Shown: piece by piece, positions 1 to 11,071 of the stretch
Numbering within the stretch: the stretch's first letter is position 1
How the letters are laid out: each line of letters starts with the position of its first letter
Source of the DNA: Azolla caroliniana
Taxonomy: Eukaryota; Plantae; Polypodiophyta
DNA length: 64,000 bases
Assembly (NCBI GenBank): GCA_043228905.1
Contig: JBHGNT010000008.1
Location: 12,648,001-12,712,000 of the forward strand
Reading direction: 5' to 3'
The notes under the pieces: model-generated
The model's input: the letters and a program-made list of their open reading frames with translations, nothing else
Databases searched by the model: none
Told to the model about the DNA's origin: nothing
Program-made: the position numbers and the translations under genes

Positions 1-307
1 AGACCAAGTTCGAAGGATCAATACTATCAAGAAAGAGAAGAGTGATTATCTTGTGAGACCAAGTTCGAAGGATCAACGACGCTTACAACCACTTTTGTAA
101 CTCTTTCATCAAATAATTATAAATCTCTTTTATTCCTTCAAATATCATTCAATATCCTATCTTGTCATATCTTGTTGATCTCTATTTACTCTATCTCTAC
201 TCTTTCATCTCTTCTGTCCATAATCCCAGTGATTCCTTCCTCACTTTCACGATATCTTTTGTCTACGCAACGCTACGCTTCTAGGCAAGCCACGCCACGA
301 CATAATT

Positions 308-325
308 TGGTGAACCTGACGTGAA
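308..325 (+). promoter_or_regulatory. Primer-binding site complementary to tRNA-Trp 3' end
   Basis: TGGTGAACCTGACGTGAA, 17/18 match to the complement of plant tRNA-Trp ...TTCACGTCGGGTTCACCA (recalled sequence); lies just after the LTR CA. Confidence 0.8.
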
Positions 326-369
326 ACGGGGAAGTAGAAGAGACATCTAAAGTAAAGATCAACATCAAC

Positions 370-2544
370 ATGGTAAGTACGAGTACAATGGATCCGGTAA
401 TGTTGTTTATTGAAAAGTTGAATCAAGATCGATTATTTCATGCCTTACGAGAAGTCCGAGAGAAGATTGGTATGTTTGATGGCACAAATATTTCGAAGTA
501 TGTGAATATATATTATGATGAAATGGAAATGTCTGGTATAAATGATGTCAATATGATAGCAAACTTTTATAAATTAGTGGACATGGAATTAAGAGATAGA
601 ATTCATGAAATACAAACATTGCATAGTTTGGATTGGAATGCATTCAAAGAAGCACTTGTGTCTGAATATGCTCGTGAGGATTTTTCTTGCGTTACTATTT
701 GTTCATTCCATGAATGGGTCCTAAAAGAAAATAAAGGATTATCTGTGGCTGACACGAAAAAAGAGTTTGATAGATTGTATGGACACTTAAAGCCAGAGGA
801 AAAAAATTATTTGACTTGGCAAAAGGTTGCTTTATTTTTGCAGGCAGTTGACAAGAGATATAGAAAAGAATTGGAATTCATGCTTGAAGTGCCAAATACT
901 GAGGATGGTATAAGTGCAGATTGGAATGAGGTAACAAATGCTTGTAATAAATTTATGAAAAGAATGCAAAGGAATGGTGCAATGCTACAAATACCACATG
1001 TGGGAATCACAAATCGGCTTGAGCAAAACATCGAAGTTCAAAGACTTGGTCGAGAACCATCACACGAAATGGTCCATCAACCACGACAAATGATCGAAAC
1101 TAAGAGTGAGTCTTTGCTTGATGATTTAGTTCAAAGTATGAAAGATTTAACAATTAAAGTGGCAAAGCTTGAGAATGGTCAGACTTCGAGGTCAAGGGAA
1201 CCATTTCGACCTCGATGCATGTGGTGTGATAGTCTCGAACATCGATTACATGATTGTGCGGAATATAAAGACATGGAAAATCGAGACTTGGTCTATTGGA
1301 AAAATGGTAATATTTACTTAATTGATACTAGAAGTCCACTTACAAAGAACTTTGGTGATGGTGGTTTTAAGGTTAAGTTTGAAGAAGCTGAAGCAAAGAA
1401 GGCTTCTACAATGTACTACTCGGCAACGGCAGAAATGCGTCTTGATGACATGCCATACCGATCATCATTCTAGGAGAAGGTTGTAAGTTCAGCACAAAAG
1501 CAAAAGTTGAAGATGGAAGACCTTTGTGTTGATGGAGATTCTGTAAGGAAAAACACTGGATGGGATGTTCTAGTAGATGTTATGACAGTCTATGCTCAGA
1601 TGGAAGAACACCAAGAGCATGAGGTGATGGTGGAAGAAAAAAGGAAAAGATCGGATGATGAGATTGGCTCAACCAAAAAACATGAAACAAGAGAAAGCAA
1701 AAGAAAAGAGATGGATGCAAAAGTTGAAAAAGGTAAATCTAGTCCTTCATTCAAATTAATGTTTGATATTGAAAAGGACATAGATTTAAAGAAAATTTTA
1801 GAAACAAGAATACTAGATAGTCGAGTAGAATTTACACTAAGAGAAGTGTTAGGTATTGCAAAAAAGGAATTTCATGATGAAATAATCGATATTGTGCGAA
1901 GAAAGAAGAAAGTAAATGAGCAGGTTAAAGAGACAAATCCGAAGGTGGCATATGAAGTGGTGAGCAACAAGTCAAACAATATCATTGTTGACTCTCAACA
2001 TGCATCGACCTCAATGATAAATTCAACAGATGTAAGAAGCCATTACTCTCGCAAATGTTGGGCAAGAGCCACTACTGAGCATCATGTGAAGATTGGAAAT
2101 GTTCCAGACCCCGTGATGGCACTTATTGATCATGGTTCTGAAATCAATATAATGAGTGCTGATTTTTACAGGAAAGGTAGATGGCCAATTGATACTCAAC
2201 ATGGTTGGTGAGTAAAATCTGCCACATCAGTCACGGAAGATTTATTTGGTGCATGCCCAAATGTAAAGGTTACTATTGGTGATATAGAGGTAGATCAACA
2301 TTTCTTTGTGCAGGAAGGATCTACCTATCCAATAATCTTGGGGCAACCATACATCACAATAGTACGGATGGAGACCAAATTCCTTGACAATGGTTCTACC
2401 TATGCGAAAATCCGTAGCCAAGATGGACGACGAATTGTACAATTTATGACAGTTCACCCAAATCATGAGAGGAACAAGCAAGAGCTTCGTGATCATTCAA
2501 TACCAAAAGACTGTGATGATTTTGATAATCAGGTTTTTGACTAG
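370..2544 (+). pseudogene. gag-protease pseudogene of Ty3/gypsy element
   Basis: Same-frame ORF pieces 370-1473, 1507-2211 and 2308-2544 are collinear with the intact gag-pro ORF at 47718-49871. Confidence 0.9.
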
Positions 2545-3660
2545 GACTGTTGTGAGTGAGGGTTGCAATAGTCCCATTATTAAAAGACCCTCATATAGGG
2601 CATTACAACATATGAATAAGTCATTTCATGTTTTTGAAAGTGGTGCTATATGTGTGACTAGGATGTATGAATGCAAGAGGAACTTGAAAAAGAATGCTAA
2701 TCTGTTTCAACAGGCATTGAAGGATAATGGAGTACTTGAAATGGAAGAGCAGATTGAACGTGTTATGGAAGAAATTTCTTTTGCAAATACTTTAGAAGAG
2801 TTAGAAATGTATTTGAAAGAAGATGATAAGAGTGTTAGAAAGATACATGTAAACTCAATTGGTATGTATTATGAGATTGATAGGTATAATTGTAAATATG
2901 AAGAAGTAGAAGGTTTATGTAACACAAAATATAAAACAATAGATAAAAAGATTAAACCTGTTGGAGTACCATTACCTATTGGTAGTGAAGAGAAGATGAA
3001 GGCAGCATCAACTGAGCCTATGCTTCGACCAATAGAGAAGATTGGACATCACTTCACTTCGAATACAATAAATAACTTAAGAGTCTGAGGGGGTCAATTT
3101 CTTCTACAATCAGAGATCACGACTTTCAAAGACATGATCTTTAGGCATGGGAAAGCGTTCGCATTCAAAGCCGAGGAGACTGGTTGTGTCAATCCAAGGT
3201 GGTAATGCCAATGGTAATATTTACTATCCATCATATTCCTTGGAATTTTAAACCTATTGCAGTACCGAGGGCTCGATTACCTCAATTGTTGGAGCTGTTG
3301 AAGGATAAAGTCAAGATGAAGATTTTAGAGCCTTCAAATGCACCATACTCCAACCGATGGTTCATAGTTCCAAAGAAAGATGGTTCTCTAAGATTCATTC
3401 AAGATCTACAACCAGTCAACAAAGTCACAATCCGAAATGCAGGAATCGGCCCGATCGTTGATGAATTTGCGGAAGCTTTTGCTGGGAGAGCGATTTACTC
3501 TATGGGAGACCTATATTCAAGATACAACCAATTTCAATTAGCAATTCATAGTCGCAATATCACAACAATGAAAACACCAATTGGGTTGGTTCGAATGTGC
3601 ACTCTACCTCAAGGTGCGACAAATTCAGTTGCTCATATGATGAATGCAATGAGCAACTAA
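2531..3660 (+). pseudogene. pol (RT N-terminal part) pseudogene
   Basis: TKYKTIDKKIKPV and HIPWNFKPIAVPRA...LPQGATNSVAHM match pol at 44230-47613; stops and frameshifts present. Confidence 0.88.
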
Positions 3661-4525
3661 CAATTGCATTGTGGGCCTACACCTTCCATCTAGCAGACAG
3701 TTTGTGGTATAAGCTATGGCATATGATTCTTTCATGTTTCAAAGAGCCTCACATGGTTGAATGGATGACTAACAAGTTATGGGATAAGTTCACGCATTGA
3801 AAGCCACAATCTTGGTCATTTCATGTATGCTTGAAGGTTTTACAATGTATTATGGAATTCATGATATTATATTATTTGATATTTCTACTATGGACATAGA
3901 AGGTTTTGCATTCTTATTTTTTAAAACATCTTCAATATTTGTTCTGGAGAAAGAGGGATAAGATGGGAATAACATGTGTTAATTGAAACTATCTACCAAC
4001 CCCTATGAACTTCGGGGTAGTTGCAATATTGAATGTTATATTTTGTAGTAGTTGGGAAATAAACACATAGTTGGGCGGGATGTATAATAATTGTCGTGTC
4101 TCAACAAACTCCAATATTCTTTGACATCGAGCCACAATTACGTCTCCCACATCTTTGACCCGTGAGTCGAAATAATTGATTACATTGAGGGCACAATCTC
4201 TCTTTTCCAAGACAACTTTTCTTTTGCAAAGAATTAGAATGGTCTCTACTAGATGGTGTTTTCTATGCAAATAACGAGAGGTTGATGAGACAACCAAGTT
4301 AATGCCACTACCACTATCACTCTAGCTAGCTTAGTAGTTGAGTTTCTATATGGATTGTTAGGGTGTGGATGTCAATCCCAACCGCTTACCTTTACTTAGG
4401 ACCTAAGTAAGTTAGTCCACGAGTCGTAGAGACCCATTGAGAAGGTCGGTTCATATGTAGTGTATCATGGCTTGCTCGCTTGAAAGGAAAATGGCCCGCA
4501 CCGGATCCTAGTCCTAGTCCTAGTC

Positions 4526-4563
<38 letters not shown>
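4526..4563. repeat. (ATTG)n microsatellite
   Basis: About 9 perfect ATTG units. Confidence 0.95.
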
Positions 4564-5137
4564 GGGTGGATCCGTCTTTCTCTTTCTCTTTCGACGGTAG
4601 CACACATGCCCCCCACCCCCGTAAAAATAAATGAGTCCAAAGGTTTTGGAAACTTACGTAGCCTTCTTCTTCGTATTTGGGTGATGGTCAGAATCATGCG
4701 ATTAGACTTCATATATTATAACTCGCTACTCTGCAGCAATTAGAAGCGGTGGAAAATCGCTTACGCATATTTGTGTTTACAAGTGTGTCTGTCTGTGGTG
4801 TGTATATGCCCATGTAAATGGAGAGGAGAGGAGAGGTGATTGATTGAATTATTAATTAGTTGCTATACATCAAATTAGTTTCTGATAGCAGATGATCTAT
4901 TTGTAATGTTATCTCTCATATACACTTGTATAAATGAAAATTGCTACTACTCTGATAAGGGCCCCCTTCCCTGTCTGTGAATAATGTATTGTGAAGCAGG
5001 GTGTTGGGAATGTGAGGAGGTTCATCATCCTCTGTCGAATGAATATGTTTGTATAGATATGGAATTAGAAGAATTAGGGTGGGAAAGATAGCGTTTAATA
5101 TAAAACATGGCTAGCCAGTAGTTACAGTCATATCATA

Positions 5138-5555
5138 TCATTCATGTGAGGACTGGATCCCACCCACCCCAAGAAAATCAAAGAACGGGATATCACTACT
5201 GCTACTGTTGTTGTGGCTATTATTATTGGTATTAGTATTAGATGGAGTTGTGGTGTAAGTAGGAGGCGTGGAGGCAGAGAAAGTATTAGAAGCTGTGGGT
5301 GTAATGATGAATTGGGAGTCAAGAAGATCAAATGGTTTTGGATGTGGTTGTATAATAATTCTACTGTGAGGGACCAATAGCTGGTCAGGAGCCTTAACCC
5401 CTTCATCATCCCATCTATTATTTCTGGAAAACCCTATTTCTGGATGGATCAGAGATTCAGGAGAGGGTAGTGCACCGCCATCATCGCTGACCCTCCTCAC
5501 AACCTTCGCCGCCTCCTCCTCCTCCTCCTCCTCCCGCGGCGACATAGGAGGAGGC
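5138..5555 (-). CDS. R2R3-MYB subgroup 21, distal part of exon 3 (C-terminus), separated from the rest of the gene by a copia insertion
   Basis: Encodes PPPMSPREEEE...DIPFFDFLGVGGIQSSHE*. The FxDFLGV motif is typical of subgroup 21 MYBs (MYB52/54/105/117). Joins in frame with 10707-10724 once the element and one TSD copy are removed (GGIWW-PPPM). Confidence 0.88.
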
Positions 5556-5775
5556 TGTTGAATCTGGAGTAATGGAGGCGGACGAGCTGCTGTTTTCTGG
5601 CCTGCACAGAAAATGTCGAACACACACACACACAGAGAAAAACAGCACACACGAAAAAAAACAGAAAAGAGAAAGACAAAACTTTTTGGGGGCCAATGAA
5701 ACCCTCATTTCTATTAGTTTATATACCTATGCGTAAATAGTAAGAAATTACAGATTTGGCCTTTTCTTACTATCA
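5556..5775 (-). repeat. 3' LTR (220 bp, TG...CA)
   Basis: Minus strand begins TGATAGTAAG right after the PPT (AGTGGGAGAT, 5776-5785) and ends ATTCAACA; TATAAA at 5718-5723. Confidence 0.9.
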
Positions 5776-5898
5776 ATCTCCCACTAAAAGGCCAAACTAG
5801 GGATCAACAAAGCTGATGGGGAGATTGAACAAGACCTACACATCCTACTTGATGAGTATGTTACACAATGTACAAGAAACAATGTGTAACCTCATGAC

Positions 5899-8800
5899 CT
5901 AAGTTATCCCCATCAAGTGGCAGCAATGCTCTAGTGCTTCGTGCGATAGAGCCTTGGTCAACGCATCTGCGGCATTGTCTTGAGAGACAACTTTCTCAAG
6001 ACTAATATAGCCAGCAGCTATGCATTCTCGAATGAAGTGATATCTCACTCCAATGTGCTTGGTCTTCGCATGGTATACTGGGTTTTTAGCCAATGCAATG
6101 GCACTCTGACTATCACAAAACAATATGGGTACAAGCTTAGATATGCCCATGTCACAAGCTAATCTGGACAGCCATACGGCTTCCTTACAAGCTTCGCTAG
6201 CTGCGACATACTCTGCTTCTGTAGTGGACAGAGCAGTACATTTTTGGAGACGAGATCTCCAAGATATCGCACCTCCCATAAACTGAAAAATATATCCTGA
6301 AGTGGATTTTCTGCTGTCAGAGCAGCCAGCATAATCAGAATCTGTGTATCCGATGATGGATACAGTTCCACCACCTAAACATAGACACCTATTCTTAGTG
6401 CCACACAGATATCTTAAAATCAGTTTAACTGCCTCCCAATGTTTATTACCAGGATTGGACATAAATCTGCTCACAGCTCCCACTGCGAAAGCAATGTCTG
6501 GTCTGGTCGCTATCATAGCGTACATAAGACTCCCAACAGCGGATTGATAAGGAACCTTGGACATGAATTTCTTGTCCTCATCGGATGTGGGGCAATCACG
6601 TGTGCTCAGATTTACATATGAAGGTAGTGGAGTGCTTAACGGCTTCGCATTCTCCATATTAAACCTCATGAGCACTTTCGATATGTACTCAGCCTGAGAC
6701 AAGTAAATACATCGCTTACTCCTATCACGAGTGATACGCATACCAAGAATATGTTTTGCATCTCCCAAATCCTTCATGTCAAAATTCTGGCTCAAGTTTT
6801 TCTTTAACGAGGATAACTCATCCTTGTTTTTACCAGCAATAAGCATGTCATCAACATATAATATCAATGTGATAAAACTCCCATCTGAACAGTTTTTCGT
6901 ATAAAGACATGCATCTTCATTGCTTCTAGTACATCCTTGAGTCTTCATAAAGGCATCAAATTTCTGATACCATAACCTCGGGGACTGCTTAAGCCCATAC
7001 AAACTCTTCTTGAGCTTACATACCAAATGTTCTTTTCCCAATACTTCATAACCTTCTGGTTGTTCCATATAAATGTCCTCATCAAGGTCCCCATGCAAGA
7101 AAGCAGTCTTCACATCCATTTGGACAAGTTCCAAATTCTGATTTGCAGCCAATGAAAGCAACATACGTAATGTAGTCATCTTAACTACAGGAGAAAAGGT
7201 TTCATCAAAGTCAATTCCATATTCTTGCTTGAAACCTTTTGCAACCAAGCGTGCTTTATACTTTGGAGAAGCACTATCAGATGTATACTTATACTTGTAT
7301 ACCCATTTGCATGGCAATGCTTTCCTGTCCTTTGGCAAAGGTACTAAATCCCAAGTACCATTTTTATAAATGCTGTCCAATTCACTTTGCATGGCCTGTT
7401 TCCATTTCACATGGTCATTTACAGATATGGCTTCATTGTAACATGAAGGCTCACCGGCATCTGTTAGCATTACATAATCAGCAAACTTACTAGGTGCCTT
7501 GGGCACACGCATAGATCTCCTCAATGAATCCTGAACCTGAGTGCCATCAGGTTGTGCATGAGAAACCTCATTCTGAGCATCATCATTATGAGCATATTCT
7601 TGCTGAAAAACATCATTTTGCACATCATTGTGCTGAGCATTATCATTTTGGGCATCTTCATCCTGGTCAATAACAGTTTTTTGTGACTGCGGAGCATCTA
7701 CATCAATAAGATTTTTCTGTTTTTCATCAACAAAAGGCGTACTATCTTTAAATGCAACCTTTCTCACTTCTACCTCCTTTACGGACTGTTTATGCATTTT
7801 GTTCTCGTCAAAAACAACATCACTACTTCTGACCACAGTACGTGTGTCAGGGTCCCATAAGCGATATCCAAACTGTCCATCAATTCCGTAACCAAGAAAT
7901 ATACATTTTCTGCATTTATAGTCTAATTTCTTTCTTAAAGTTTTTGGAATGTGTACATACGCTTCGCATCCAAAAACTCTAAGATGAGCATAATGAGGTG
8001 TCTTGCCAGTCCACACCTCTTGTGCCACTCTTAGACCTATGGCTGTGTTCGGTGATAGGTTAATCACATGGACTGCTGTTAAAACAGCTTCTGCCCAAAA
8101 GCCTTGCGAGAGGTTTGCATGGTGTAGCATGGAGACAACTCTGTCCTGGATGGTTCTATTCATCCTCTCAGCCACACCATTTTGGACAGGGGTGTAAGGA
8201 GCTGTAAACTCTCTCCGAATACCTCTAGACTTACAAAAGTCAACAAATTCGTGAGAGGTATACTCACCTCCATTGTCCGAACGTAAAGCCTTAAGCTTTA
8301 TGTCCTTTTCTAGCTCAACCGAACTAAGCCATTTTCTGAAAGTGGGGTATACATCATCCTTTCCCTTAATTGGATAAGCCCAAACTTTCCTAGTGGCATC
8401 ATCAATGAAAGTAACAAAATATAGGGCACCACCCAAAGATCTTGTGGGCATAGGTCCACAAACATCCGTGTGGACAAGATCCAATGGTTTAGTGGATGAG
8501 TTTACACTAGTCTTATGTGCACTTCTAGTTTGCTTACCATGTTGACAATGCTCACATAAGGCAAAATCAGAGAATGACAACTTAGGTAAGTGGCCATAAC
8601 GAGATAGGATTTCCATGCCATTTCTTGACATGTGGCCCAAACGACCATGCCAAATGCTCGTCATTGGCTGGTCTGTGACAGCCAACAAGTGTTCCTTTTG
8701 ATGAACAAATAGAGGGTAGAGGGAACCAACTTTGTTCCCTTTTGCAACAATCATATTTCCTTTCGTTATACGAAAGGATTGAGAAGCAAACATCACCTTA

Positions 8801-10050
8801 TATCCATTGTCATCAAGCTGACCAACGGAGATCAAACTACGAGTTAGTTGGGGAACATGGCGTACATCTTTAATGGTCAAATGAGCACCATCACTAAAAT
8901 GCATTGAGATATCTCCAATGCCAATCACATCACATTGATGTGAGTCTCCAAGTCGAACTTTCCCAAGCGACTTGGCTTCATAACATGTGAACCACTCTCT
9001 ATGTGGAGTCACATGAAACGATGCACCGGAGTCCAACAACCACGTATATGATGGAGAAAAAACCGTGTTCACCCCAGCATGTGTGCTAACATCATCTAGG
9101 ACCAAGATGTCCGTCTCACCACATGTTGCATTTACTTCCTCCGTTTCCAACGAGGAAGAGGGACCACTAGATTGTCTACCATGCCCTCTAGCATTATCTT
9201 TCTCCTTATTTTTAAGGGCATAACAATCTTTCTTAAGGTGACCCTTTTTATGACAGTAATGGCACTCCATATTTTTCTTCCTAGATTTGCTTCTACCTCT
9301 ATCATTTCCACCACTATTTCTTGTTTGGCTCCTACCACGATGTTGGTTCTTGCGAGGACCAACATCAGAAACATTATATGCATCTCCATTATGTGATGCA
9401 ATCACAGATTTTCTACGAATTTCTTCACCTAAAAGTGCTCCACATATATCATTATAGACTAGTTTCCCGTTTGGTGCACTAGCACTAATGGCAGTGCAAA
9501 AGGTGTCCCATGATGTAGGCAAAGTGCATAACAGAAATACACATTTCAGCTCATCATCCAAAATCATTTTCTGAGCTAGTAGTTGTGACCACAATGCATC
9601 AAAGTCGTTCAAATGAGAGGCGACACTGTCATTGTCCTTCATTCGAAGATCATAAAGTTTTCTCATTAGATAAACTTTGTTTGATGCGGTCTCTTTTTCA
9701 TATGTGTTGCATAATTTGGTCCATAGTATTTCAGCCGAGTCACAATCTAGGACCGTGAAATACACATTGTCGGCTAGGTGTAGTCTTATAGTAGACATTG
9801 CCAAGAGATCGAGCTCTTCCCAATCATCTTTGGTCATGCCCTCAGGTCTCTTGGCTTCACCACTTAATGGTCTTAATTGCCTTCTTTGAATCAGGACATC
9901 TCTCATCTGATTCTTCCACAAGGCAAAGTTGGATCCGTCAAATTTACGGATCTCAAGGTGGTCTTTTCCACTCATAGGGTGATTTCTATGGGAATTGAAC
10001 GAACCACCGCGTGAGGTACTTGAAACCTCGGACATTTCAGAGGCAGCCAT
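5899..10050 (-). CDS. Copia Gag-Pol polyprotein (gag, protease, integrase, RT, RNase H)
   Basis: Uninterrupted 1383 aa with [68 protein letters not shown] and KHIGVRYHFIRE. Confidence 0.98.
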   Translation of the reverse strand: MAASEMSEVSSTSRGGSFNSHRNHPMSGKDHLEIRKFDGSNFALWKNQMRDVLIQRRQLRPLSGEAKRPEGMTKDDWEELDLLAMSTIRLHLADNVYFTVLDCDSAEILWTKLCNTYEKETASNKVYLMRKLYDLRMKDNDSVASHLNDFDALWSQLLAQKMILDDELKCVFLLCTLPTSWDTFCTAISASAPNGKLVYNDICGALLGEEIRRKSVIASHNGDAYNVSDVGPRKNQHRGRSQTRNSGGNDRGRSKSRKKNMECHYCHKKGHLKKDCYALKNKEKDNARGHGRQSSGPSSSLETEEVNATCGETDILVLDDVSTHAGVNTVFSPSYTWLLDSGASFHVTPHREWFTCYEAKSLGKVRLGDSHQCDVIGIGDISMHFSDGAHLTIKDVRHVPQLTRSLISVGQLDDNGYKVMFASQSFRITKGNMIVAKGNKVGSLYPLFVHQKEHLLAVTDQPMTSIWHGRLGHMSRNGMEILSRYGHLPKLSFSDFALCEHCQHGKQTRSAHKTSVNSSTKPLDLVHTDVCGPMPTRSLGGALYFVTFIDDATRKVWAYPIKGKDDVYPTFRKWLSSVELEKDIKLKALRSDNGGEYTSHEFVDFCKSRGIRREFTAPYTPVQNGVAERMNRTIQDRVVSMLHHANLSQGFWAEAVLTAVHVINLSPNTAIGLRVAQEVWTGKTPHYAHLRVFGCEAYVHIPKTLRKKLDYKCRKCIFLGYGIDGQFGYRLWDPDTRTVVRSSDVVFDENKMHKQSVKEVEVRKVAFKDSTPFVDEKQKNLIDVDAPQSQKTVIDQDEDAQNDNAQHNDVQNDVFQQEYAHNDDAQNEVSHAQPDGTQVQDSLRRSMRVPKAPSKFADYVMLTDAGEPSCYNEAISVNDHVKWKQAMQSELDSIYKNGTWDLVPLPKDRKALPCKWVYKYKYTSDSASPKYKARLVAKGFKQEYGIDFDETFSPVVKMTTLRMLLSLAANQNLELVQMDVKTAFLHGDLDEDIYMEQPEGYEVLGKEHLVCKLKKSLYGLKQSPRLWYQKFDAFMKTQGCTRSNEDACLYTKNCSDGSFITLILYVDDMLIAGKNKDELSSLKKNLSQNFDMKDLGDAKHILGMRITRDRSKRCIYLSQAEYISKVLMRFNMENAKPLSTPLPSYVNLSTRDCPTSDEDKKFMSKVPYQSAVGSLMYAMIATRPDIAFAVGAVSRFMSNPGNKHWEAVKLILRYLCGTKNRCLCLGGGTVSIIGYTDSDYAGCSDSRKSTSGYIFQFMGGAISWRSRLQKCTALSTTEAEYVAASEACKEAVWLSRLACDMGISKLVPILFCDSQSAIALAKNPVYHAKTKHIGVRYHFIRECIAAGYISLEKVVSQDNAADALTKALSHEALEHCCHLMGIT

Positions 10051-10525
10051 TTGGAAGCTAGGTAAACTTGGTCAATCCCAAATATAAACAACTAACAATA
10101 GTTGAGACACTACTCCCTACCTAGTCTCAAGCCGTGTTCTAGGGTAGGTATGTGTGTTCGATTGAGGACAACACCTCTTTCTTATATCAGCCAAGGTAAA
10201 ATGTCTGTAACCAAGACGTAACTTCAACGTCACAAACTCACATCAAGTGAGCAAGCATCGAAAGGAGAAAAAAAAGAAACCAAACACAGGTTCTTTTGCG
10301 TGTAAATCCTCACTTCTGTATACTAGAAACAACAAGTCTTCTCTGTTTCTACCTTCCACCAAGGTCTATTTTTCCCCAAAAAATAGGCACACAAAAAAAA
10401 CTGTTCAAGACGGAAACGTGTAGTAGATATTACCTCTGTCGAGGTCCTGAAAAATAGCATGCGCAGAGGGGGAAAAACGCAGAAATGTAGATGCTTGTTG
10501 CTACACACAGTCTCACAAAGTCCAC

Positions 10526-10537
10526 GCTCTGATACCA
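10526..10537 (-). promoter_or_regulatory. PBS (tRNA-iMet)
   Basis: TGGTATCAGAGC on the minus strand, 1 nt from the 5' LTR. Confidence 0.95.
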
Positions 10538-10538
10538 C

Positions 10539-10706
10539 TGTTGAATCTGGAGTAATGGAGGCGGACGAGCTGCTGTTTTCTGGCCTGCACAGAAAATGTC
10601 GAACACACACACACACAGAGAAAAACAGCACACACGAAAAAAAACAGAAAAGAGAAAGACAAAACTTTTTGGGGGCCAATGAAACCCTCATTTCTATTAG
10701 TTTATA
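10539..10706 (-). repeat. 5' LTR, truncated (168 bp; lacks the first 52 bp of U3)
   Basis: Matches 5556-5723; starts with TATAAA on the minus strand and directly abuts the TSD. Confidence 0.92.
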
Positions 10707-10724
10707 GAGGCCACCAAATTCCTC
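10707..10724 (-). CDS. R2R3-MYB exon 3, proximal part
   Basis: Phase-1 acceptor ggtag|GA GGA ATT TGG TGG CCT (NAGNAG alternative at 10721). An in-frame TGA at ~10762 excludes upstream acceptors. Confidence 0.7.
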
Positions 10725-10924
10725 CTACCATATTATCATTATTGTTATTATTATCATTGATTCAACGAAATAAGCAAAAAGGAGCAGCCTTTATAGCCTT
10801 AGTGATGTGATTCTCACTCAATAATTTGTTTACATATTATACACGTCATGGTTGGACAAGTAGTGTTGCCCCCTCCCCACCACCACCAATTACAAGAATA
10901 TGATGAATAACCCAGATTTCATAC

Positions 10925-11032
10925 CTGCAGATCGAAGTAATGGCTTAGTTAGTCGATGATGATGACGACCACTGCTGCTGCGCTGCTGGATGCTTTGGTT
11001 CTTATTGCTCAGATTTATATGATTGATGAGTT

Positions 11033-11071
<39 letters not shown>

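Larger units (their letters stand above)
1..3660 (+). mobile_element. Degenerate, 3'-truncated Ty3/gypsy LTR retrotransposon (non-chromovirus, fungal-like; same lineage as 43460-50585)
   Basis: LTR 3' end ...CCACGACA at 302, then PBS. Gag Zn knuckle CMWCDSLEHRLHDC, protease LIDHGSEIN, RT N-terminus PYSNRWFIVPKKDGSLRFIQDLQP. In-frame stops at 1473, 2211 and 3088; breaks off within RT at ~3660. Confidence 0.92.
5556..10706 (-). mobile_element. Intact Ty1/copia retrotransposon (Tork/Tnt1-like) inserted in MYB exon 3
   Basis: TSD GAGGC at 5551-5555 and 10707-10711. LTRs appear identical over the shared 168 bp. tRNA-iMet PBS, PPT and a single 1383-aa ORF. Confidence 0.97.

Noticed and set aside
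1-76. 21-bp direct repeat AGACCAAGTTCGAAGGATCAA (1-21 and 56-76)
   Set aside because: Two copies inside an LTR cut by the window edge; cannot be interpreted.
5481-5708. ORF MRVSLAPKKF duplicated at 10323-10691
   Set aside because: LTR-derived; the duplication reflects the LTR pair.
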